A stretch of 63,548 nucleotides of DNA, taken from a virus (Duplodnaviria > Caudoviricetes). The stretch is taken from IMG/VR virus record IMGVR_UViG_3300046167_000466, positions 1 to 63,548 of that record, one strand, 5' to 3'. The notes beneath the pieces are model-generated. The model was given only the letters and a program-made list of their open reading frames with translations. It was not told where the DNA came from and searched no databases. Shown here piece by piece: positions 26,853-35,500 of the stretch. Each line of letters begins with the position of its first letter. Position 1 is the first letter of the stretch. Position numbers and translations under genes: made by a program.

Positions 26853-28570
26853 TGTGGAATGAAAACTGGAAAAAAGGTGAGGATTACCCGGCGTGGGGTA
26901 ATAACGACGTATACAAGAAAACTATATCCGGGGGATATTTATTGTACGACGAATCACCGAGAGACGCTTACATGCGGGTTGCTAAAACAGTTGCTCGTAG
27001 ATTATATAAGCCAGAAATGGCGGAAACTTTTTTTGAATATATCTGGAACGGTTGGTTATGCTTGGCTTCGCCGGTTCTTAGTAACACTGGCACCGACCGC
27101 GGCTTGCCTATTAGTTGCTTTGGTATTGATGTTGCTGACTCGATACAAGATATAGGGCAAAAGAATTTAGAGATGATGCTACTCGCTAAGCACGGCGGTG
27201 GAGTTGGCATTGGTATAAATCAAATTAGACCCGCTGGCGCTAAAATTACAGGTAATGGAACATCAGACGGAGTTGTCCCCTTTTGCAAAATCTACGACTC
27301 AACTATCCTCGCGACTAATCAAGGCTCTGTTCGCAGAGGCGCAGCATCAGTCAACATCAATATTGAACACGACGATTTTGAAGAGTGGCTTGAAATTAGA
27401 GAACCAAAAGGCGACGTTAACAGACAGTCACTCAACCTTCATCAATGCGCAGTTGTTGGTGATAAGTTTATGCGACGCCTTGAACAAGGAGATTCGGAGG
27501 CGCGGACTAGATGGAGTAAACTTATTAGAAAGCGAAAAGCAACTGGAGAACCGTATATATTGTTTAAAGGAAATACTAACAAAGCAAATCCAGCAGCATA
27601 TAAAGACAACGGGTTAAAAGTACATATGACTAACATATGTTCAGAAATTACATTACACACAGATGAAAATCATAGTTTTGTATGTTGTTTATCATCATTA
27701 AATTTAGCAAAATATGAAGAATGGAAAGATACTAATCTTATATACGACTCCATTTGGTTTCTTGATGGTGTTATGGAAGAATTTATTCAAAGGGCCAAAG
27801 GACTTAGAGGATTTGAAAACGCAATACGATCAGCTCAAAAAGGAAGGGCCTTGGGCTTGGGGGTCCTTGGATGGCATACATATATCCAGGAAAAAGGTGT
27901 TCCTTTCGAAGGTTTACTTGCTCAGTTTGAAACTAGGAAAATATTTTCACAAATTAAGATCGAAAGTGAAAGAGCCTCGAGAGACCTGGCCGAAATTTAT
28001 GGAGAGCCTTTATGGTGTGTTGGGACGGGTATGCGTAATACTCATCTACGGGCTATTGCTCCTACTGTTTCTAATAGCAAGCTTAGCGGTAATGTTTCTC
28101 CTGGTGTTGAGCCGTGGGCTGCGAATGTTTTTACAGAGCAGAGTGCGAAGGGGACTTTCATTAGGAAGAACCCGACACTCTTAAAGCTTCTTAGAAAACA
28201 TAAGTTAAATACAAATGAAATATGGGATAAGATACTTGCTGATGGTGGTAGTGTACAAGACATTAAAGAACTTGATGATATAACAATGGCACACGATATA
28301 CCGGCTAAAGATGTATTTAAAACCTTTAAAGAAATAAACCAACTAGAGCTAGTAAATCAAGCAGGCATACGCCAGCAATACATAGATCAGTCGGTTAGTT
28401 TAAATCTCGCTTTCCCAAGTGTTGCAACACCAAAATGGATTAACCAAGTACATATGCAAGCATGGAAGAACGGAATAAAGACTTTGTATTATACTAGAAC
28501 AGAAAGTGTTCTACGCGGAGATATAGCACAACAGGCTATGGATCCTGAATGCGCTGCTTGTGACGGTTAG
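26852..28570 (+). CDS. nrdA: Ribonucleotide reductase class I alpha subunit (no ATP cone)
   Basis: ASPVLSN, PISCF, GGGVG, RRGA, TNICSEI, GLGVLG, APTVSNS, DQSVS, KTLYY, C-terminal CAAC. Confidence 0.95.
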   Translation: MWNENWKKGEDYPAWGNNDVYKKTISGGYLLYDESPRDAYMRVAKTVARRLYKPEMAETFFEYIWNGWLCLASPVLSNTGTDRGLPISCFGIDVADSIQDIGQKNLEMMLLAKHGGGVGIGINQIRPAGAKITGNGTSDGVVPFCKIYDSTILATNQGSVRRGAASVNINIEHDDFEEWLEIREPKGDVNRQSLNLHQCAVVGDKFMRRLEQGDSEARTRWSKLIRKRKATGEPYILFKGNTNKANPAAYKDNGLKVHMTNICSEITLHTDENHSFVCCLSSLNLAKYEEWKDTNLIYDSIWFLDGVMEEFIQRAKGLRGFENAIRSAQKGRALGLGVLGWHTYIQEKGVPFEGLLAQFETRKIFSQIKIESERASRDLAEIYGEPLWCVGTGMRNTHLRAIAPTVSNSKLSGNVSPGVEPWAANVFTEQSAKGTFIRKNPTLLKLLRKHKLNTNEIWDKILADGGSVQDIKELDDITMAHDIPAKDVFKTFKEINQLELVNQAGIRQQYIDQSVSLNLAFPSVATPKWINQVHMQAWKNGIKTLYYTRTESVLRGDIAQQAMDPECAACDG

Positions 28571-28923
28571 TACGTCCAAATAACGTTAGGTGATTTATCA
28601 GGGTCGACATCAATGTGGATAAAAGTATCTGCGATGCCGATCCTGTTTATACCTAAATCTAAGAATATATCAATAAGCTCAAATCTATCTTTTGATTTGC
28701 GACAATCAATATCGGCGGCTAAGCCTTTTAAATGAGAAGACTTTTCGGTTCCGCCAACAGCATCATTATGAGCAGGGGTACGGTAGCCTGAATTAATATG
28801 TATAGGTTTATCAAACTTTTCTCGTGCTAAATCTAATAAGCTTAAAAAATCCCTATCCATCATTTGGCCTGATCCCATTATATCTGGACTATCGAATTCG
28901 TGATAATTAAAATACTTCATCAT
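28567..28923 (-). CDS. Peptidase M15A-family endolysin
   Basis: INSGYRT...N..VGG...SSHLKGLAADI...FIHID. Confidence 0.88.
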   Translation of the reverse strand: MMKYFNYHEFDSPDIMGSGQMMDRDFLSLLDLAREKFDKPIHINSGYRTPAHNDAVGGTEKSSHLKGLAADIDCRKSKDRFELIDIFLDLGINRIGIADTFIHIDVDPDKSPNVIWTY

Positions 28924-29078
28924 TAGTTATCTTTTTTAACTTCCTTCCATTTACTTATAGTATATCCTATGGTTACTACCAAAAGAATGATCTTTAATCC
29001 GTCTTCTATTTGTGTAAATGTAGTGACACCTAATGTGCTGCCATTTATTGCGTAAAGCTTAAGCTCATTAAAACTCAT
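28923..29078 (-). CDS. Small membrane protein, holin-like (51 aa)
   Basis: Manual ORF MSFNELKLYAING...LKIILLVVTIGYTISKW, immediately upstream of the endolysin. Confidence 0.6.
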   Translation of the reverse strand: MSFNELKLYAINGSTLGVTTFTQIEDGLKIILLVVTIGYTISKWKEVKKDN

Positions 29079-29081
29079 TTC

Positions 29082-29321
29082 TTATTTCTTTTTTTTGTAT
29101 CTACTTACTCTTCCTTTGGTATTTTTTTCTTTTTGACCTCGGGCTTTTTCAGCAGGGGTTAGTTCATTCCAAGTTGCTGGTGTCTCTTTGGATACTTTTT
29201 TGGTTGGTCTAAAGGTATTCTCTCCTTTGCTGTAATCTTTTTTACCGCTTGGTGTTTCCCATTCCTCTTCAAACCATCGTTTAAGATTTTTAAAGGGTGA
29301 CGGATTCATTTTAAATGCCAT
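29082..29321 (-). CDS. Small basic phage protein (LKRWFEEEW family)
   Basis: Likely start MAFKMNPSPFK; LKRWF...RPTKKVSKETP.TW.EL. Confidence 0.7.
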   Translation of the reverse strand: MAFKMNPSPFKNLKRWFEEEWETPSGKKDYSKGENTFRPTKKVSKETPATWNELTPAEKARGQKEKNTKGRVSRYKKKK

Positions 29322-29322
29322 A

Positions 29323-29562
29323 CTATTTAGATTTATTTCCCCAGTTAGCAGCGCCAACTTTTCTACATTTTACTAGTGCTCCACTAGCATATGCTGATGG
29401 CCATTTCTTATAACGACTTTTAACTTTACTATAGCAAGCGTCTTTTTTCTTAGCGATACTTATAGGGCCGCCACTGCCGTCTGCATTCTTTGTTACTTCT
29501 TCGTTTGCTGGAAAACTATTAGATTTCCGCATCTTTACTATTTTAGTTATAGGTGTTCCCAT
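29323..29562 (-). CDS. Small basic phage protein (WPSAYASGALVKCR family)
   Basis: DACYSKVKSRYKKWPSAYASGALVKCRK motif common in marine phages. Confidence 0.75.
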   Translation of the reverse strand: MGTPITKIVKMRKSNSFPANEEVTKNADGSGGPISIAKKKDACYSKVKSRYKKWPSAYASGALVKCRKVGAANWGNKSK

Positions 29563-29563
29563 A

Positions 29564-32500
29564 TTATTGCTGCATTAATATTTCTTGTTTCTTTCTTTTG
29601 TTTTCTGCTCTTGTAGCCGATGCTTTTCTAGCAGCTTCGCTTCTTCTTCTTTTTTCTTCAGCCATATAAGCTTGCTTTTCTTCAGGGCTCATTAAAGCTA
29701 ATTCATCAAGTTTCTGTTGCTGCTTTCTCTTTCTTGTTTCAGCGGCTTTCTTTTTGCCTTCTGCTTTACGATTTGCTTTACCGACAAGCTTAACCCATTC
29801 TTCTTCCTCTTTTCTAGCTTTAACATCCCATGTTCTCCAACCTAATCCCAAAGCTAATCTTTGATAAGATGTATTTCTAGCGTCAAGCGCCTCTGCTATA
29901 CCGTCTATTTCAGCTAAAGCTCTATCTAGCGGTAGGTTTAATCCAGCAGATGAAAGTGATGCTAATATTTCGTAATTAGGTGATATGTTAAATCTTCCGT
30001 CTAAAGTAACATCCCAGCCTTGAGCTTCCATTACATCTTTGTCAAACTTCTTAGTTTGAATTGCGCCGTATACTTTCCTCATCTTAGAACCTATAGGCGG
30101 CGATACGTTCGCTAGTTCTAATAGCGTGTAGGCGTGATCAGCATTATAACCTTTCTTCTCTTCTTTATAGTATCTATTAATTGTGTTCTTTAATGTTGAT
30201 ACTACCGCACCTGTTAATCCAGATCCCCTGAGAATAGTGTCCACCATAGAATTAACAATTCTTTCAGTCTTTGTATTAATGATTTTTTCGTACTGCTCAT
30301 CGTCTTCTTCTTCATCATCAAATCCTGGTATTAATGCAAATAATGAATTTTGCAGCGCACTAAATATAAGGTTTTGTATAAACCCATAATAAGCTATCTT
30401 ACTAATATTAGTCTTAGCATCGCCACGGCCGTTTATAAGATCCTGGCCAGCTTTTTTCATTAATCTAGTGTATTGCATCGGCGTATTTTGAAAAGCCAAT
30501 ACAAGACGCCCTAAATGACTCGACTGTTGTGCAGATACAAGCATAGGATCACCTGATTGCTGTGTCTCATCAGAGATAGCGCTAAAGTCTTCAAATGCTT
30601 TTGCTTCCGCTTCTGCCTGTGATAAACCTTGCTTCTTATAAGTTTTTGTTCTGTTAATTAAAAACGTAGCGCCTCCTGTTGCAATAGCAAAACTATCCGC
30701 TATTTGAGTAGGTGTGAAACCTATTTTTAATAAGTATGCAACTACAGCGCTCGCTTTGTCTTTACTGTTCTTAGCTTGGTTGGCTATCTCTTGCTCTTGC
30801 ACATCGGATTTTAAACCACCACGACGTTCTTTAAGTTTATCAGAGTTAAATATTTTTGACCATGCACTCCAGTATGCTGGTTGATTAGCAAATGCGATAC
30901 CAGCTTTTAACGGATTATTATCACCCCAATTTACAAAGTTAGCAAATGACAACATCTGCATTGCTGCTGATCTACGGTTAAAAAACATTATAGTACCTAC
31001 AGAGTTGTTAACCCAGTTTAACCATTGTTGTTCATAAGCTCCTGGCTGGGCCGGTCTGTTACGGCCAGACTTCATTCGAGCTATTGAGTTCTTTAAAGCA
31101 TTTACATAGCGAGTGCCGTACGCAGCTTCTAGTTTGGTTAAATTGTTTTCGTCAAATATAATATCAACGTTATCGTTAAACTCCTGTAAGTACTCGCCTC
31201 TTGTAAGCACTTCGTTAATTTCATTAATATCTTTTAAAACAGAGCCTGCTATCCAATGCTCGCTCGGAGCAGGCCATTGATCTTGTTTTGATATTGTCTG
31301 CAGACCTTGAGCAAACGACGTTAACATTGGGTCTTTAGCTATCAAGCTGTTTAGTTTCTTTTGATCTCTTTTGGATATACCAGGAACCTCTTGCCCTTGC
31401 TGTGTCCATAAGTATACACGTACCGCTTGATCAACAGTGTAATCTGTGTCTCCGATTTGTTTACCTAAACGTTTTTTCATTCCGGGTAAAGCTTTTAATA
31501 AAGTAGCAAAATCATTTTTAAGCGCACGCCTAGCCTTCTCCATAGCGGCTATACCTCTCATATATGGCGCCACTAAATTATCTTCAAAGAATTTTTGATC
31601 AGCTTCACCTTGCTTGCCTTTACCAGCCAATGTATATGACGTTAGCCCTCTAAAGTCCTCTGCCCCATACGGTAAGAAAACTTTAAATCTACCCTTTTTA
31701 GCGCCTTCTTTTCTTGCTCTGATCTTAGAGTATACGGCTTCAGACGCAATACCTTTATTGCGCTCAATCATATCGTTAAGGTCTTTACCCAGCGCGGCGC
31801 TTCTTTTAACTCTTGCTTGCTGCACTTTACCTTTAACATCAAACGTATTAAGAACATCCTTAACAGCCTTAACATTACCCATATGGTCATCTACAAAATA
31901 AAAGTCATTATAACCTTCTGAAACTTTGCCTACCATCCACGCAGCCTTTGCAGCAGGGGCGCCATTGGCGAGCCCAGTTATGTTTTCAAGCGGTATCTCT
32001 AACCCTATACCTTTTAAAAATCCGTGTATAGCATTTGCCGATTCTGCTGGCCTAGCTGTTAATACAAATATATTTTTGTTACCAAACTTTTGTATTGCCT
32101 TTTTTAATCTAGGGGCTAACGGTCCAGGCGTACCTTTAACAACCTTACTAAATTCACTAAAATCAAATTCAGCTCCTGACTTAGCAAGTTGATCGCCTTG
32201 CTTGGCAAATTCGGCAGGTGTTATTTTCTTTGTTGTACGCGGTACATCTTTTAATACTTTCGCTTGCTCTTCTTTTGTAAGGTTATCAAACTTTCTTAAG
32301 AAACCCGGGAGATCTTTAAACTCATTTGCAAATAATCTTCTAGCGGCAATATCAAGTATTTCTTTATTTGGAGGCATTTTTACTATAACCTCGCTTTTGC
32401 TAAATGCAAGAGTATCATCAAAGTCATATACACTAATACCTTTGGGGTTAGCGGCATATGATTGTTTTCTAGCATTATTTATAGCTTTTTGCTCTGTAGC

Positions 32501-35500
32501 TATTTTAGCGCGCTCAGCAACGTTTTTGGCGCTAAACATTGTATTTAGTAAGGTTTGTACCCTACCAATTGTTTGTAATCCCTTTATATCGTAAAAAGCA
32601 TTTTGGCTTTCTAGTGGTATAGCTAATAATCTTAAGTCGCCAATATCGCTTGTTGATCCTAGCTTTGCGTCCTGCAGATCAGATAATACTTTAGTGTTTA
32701 ATTGTTGATTAAACTCTGTAGTTAATTCATTAATCTTTGCGATTAAAGCATCTTTAACTTGTTGCACGCCGCCGGGGTTTTGCAAAGCGATACCTAGCAT
32801 CGTTAAATACTCTTTAGCGACAGCTACATTAAAATTAGATGAAGGTGTTGCATGCTCACCTTTTATTCTTAATAACTGAGCTAAGGTTTGTTTAGAGCCA
32901 TCAGCTATAAACTTTTTAGCCTCTTTGTAGTTGGGGTGATTTTCATTAAGAACAATTTCACCAGATTCAACTTTTGATACTTGGCTAGCGGTTAATGTGT
33001 TACTATATCCCTTGCCGTTTTGGGTATTTATGTAAACAGCTTGAGATGCAGCTGTCATTTGTATATCGCTAATACCTGTTAAAGATCTAAGTGACTTGCC
33101 TATATTAGTCGTAGACTCTAGCATCCTTAAGAATCCAACGGCTTGTTGTGGTTTAGCTACAGCAATATCAAACGCTGTAGATATAACTTTTTCTATAGCT
33201 TTTTTATTTGCTACATTTAAAGCGTCTACTTCCTCACCGTACTTGTCTATAAAAGCATCAACTTTATCTTGAGCGGTTTGGAATTCTTTATTTAATATAT
33301 CCTTTGTTATAGTAGCGACAATGCCGGAACCAGCTTGTATTAAGCGCATGTCCTCAGGATTAAATCCTATGTCTTCACCTGTATCGGGTAATGCTTCTAT
33401 TTTTGCTCTTATTTTAGCGCCTAAAGACTTTGCTTCTTTAGGGTTTAAATATCTATAATGCGCGCCAAAGAAATCTGCTCCCAAAGCTTTTACTAGTGCG
33501 TTTGGTAAAGCATCTATCATAGCTGTACTAAACTGATAGTATTCCTTCATTGCTTGTTTGTTATCACGAGCTGAATTGTTTTCAAAATACTGATCAATAA
33601 ACGGCTGTACATTTTCTGGTGCGTCCTTCCATTTCTTAATAGATTGCTTATACCTAGCCGTGTCAACTTTTATATTAGCTGTAATATTTTCATAAGCTGC
33701 TCTGTCTTCGGCTGACAATACTTCCAGTAATGCTAATGAACCATCTAGGTCTCCGTCTATTTCCAATGCTAACGCATCTCTAAATATTGTTTGAGTGTTT
33801 ACAATAGCGCTTCTTTTAACAAGACCACGTTCGCTTTGCTTTGCTACTTCCTCAACAAAGTTATCCGCTATAGCCATACCAAGCATCTCTTGATTATTTT
33901 CAAAAGCTTGACTTATAGGACTATCTGGATCCTTTAATGCGTCGTTTATAACATCAAAACCGTATTCTTCAGCTAGCGCTTTAGATAAAGATTCTTTACG
34001 GCCACGTATAACGTCACCATCTTTAAACATATAGCTAAGAAATTGTTCGTCAGTAATTTTGTTTGCCGCATTTGGTAAACGTCTTACTATTTCAGGGCCC
34101 GATGTTTTACCTTGTTGTTTGGTTGATGTCTTTGCTCTATCTATTGTTTTACCTTGCCAATCGCTAGTGTATTTAGGTATAAATATAAAATCACCGTTAG
34201 AGTCTTTAACTCTTTTGCCTTCGTTGTCAACTTTATAAGTACCGCCGACAGATTTTTGTATTGTAAACGGCATAGCTTGCATCAACCATGTGGTTGTCAT
34301 GTTCTCAAGTATAGCTTTCTTGTATCTAAGTACATTTTTCTTAAGCTCATCACCCTTCTTTTTGCCTAGCATCTTTTTAAACTCAATATCGATTGCCTTG
34401 CCAAGCTCACGCTTCAGCTCATTGATAATAGGTGTTACAGACGCGTTAGGCCCTAACGGTGCATCTAATCTGCTTTTTAATACTCTAGCTATAGATATTA
34501 TTTTTTGCTCTACAGCTTTAGCTTGCTCTGCCGGTAATATTCTTGTTTGTGTAAGATTTCTATATTTAGGTTTTTCTTGCGTGACTGGAGCCTGCTCTGG
34601 TGCAATTAAATCTTTTTGATCTTCAGGCTGTAAATTGTCGACCGTACCTAAAAATTGTCTTTCGGTTGGTTGTAGTTTATACTCTGCTCTAACAACGTCA
34701 GCTATACGAAAACTAATTCTTCCGCCAAGATAACCACTTAGTTGGCCTCTCCCGTCCCAACCTGTATTTTCTTTGGCTAAGTATATTCTTCCAACAACTT
34801 CAGCTGTAAAATCTTGCAACGCTTGAGGTGGCAATGTATATCTCCCGGCTATTTGAGCTGCAACCATGTTTGTAATCTCTTCAAACAATAAGGCTTGAGC
34901 TCTTGGCCCAGACAGTTGCTCTTTTGTTATAAGATTAACCCTTGCATTACTTTTTGCCGCCGCTGAACTTATTTGCTGTTTAGTTATTCCGCTACCAGCT
35001 ATTCCTTTCTTTATTGAAAAGCCAGCAGCTTTGTTTTGAAAATTAGCAACAAAAGCGTAAACATCACTTGCACTATTAATTTTAAATAACGGCGCCATAT
35101 CACCATTAAATTTTTGCAACAAATTGTTAATAAATGTTTTTGCTCCAAACAAATTACCGTAACTGCTTCTAGGCAAAATACCTATTGCCGTGAAGTCCCC
35201 TATAAGCTGTATAAGCTCATCTGCATCAACACCATTAGTTTCAGTATATTTTCCTTTACCTTCTTTTGTATAATAAGCCATACGCTCATTAAAAACATTC
35301 ATTTCTTCCTGCGTGATCTTGCCTTGCTCAAATCTAGACTGTACGTCTTGTAATATATTTTGTACAATATCATTAGCAGAATCAACTGCTAGCTTATCGT
35401 TTTTTATTAGGCCAGCCGCAACAGCTTGCTGGTGTCCTATTTCATGTAAAGGTGATACCGCAGCTATTTTAGCATTTATACCGCCTTGGGACATTTGATT

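Noticed and set aside
33743-33757. DGDLD in the giant protein as a crAss-type virion RNA polymerase DxDxD motif
   Set aside because: The context (ALALEIDGDLDGSLALL) looks like a helical hairpin, lacks the DFDxD form, and no other polymerase motifs were seen.
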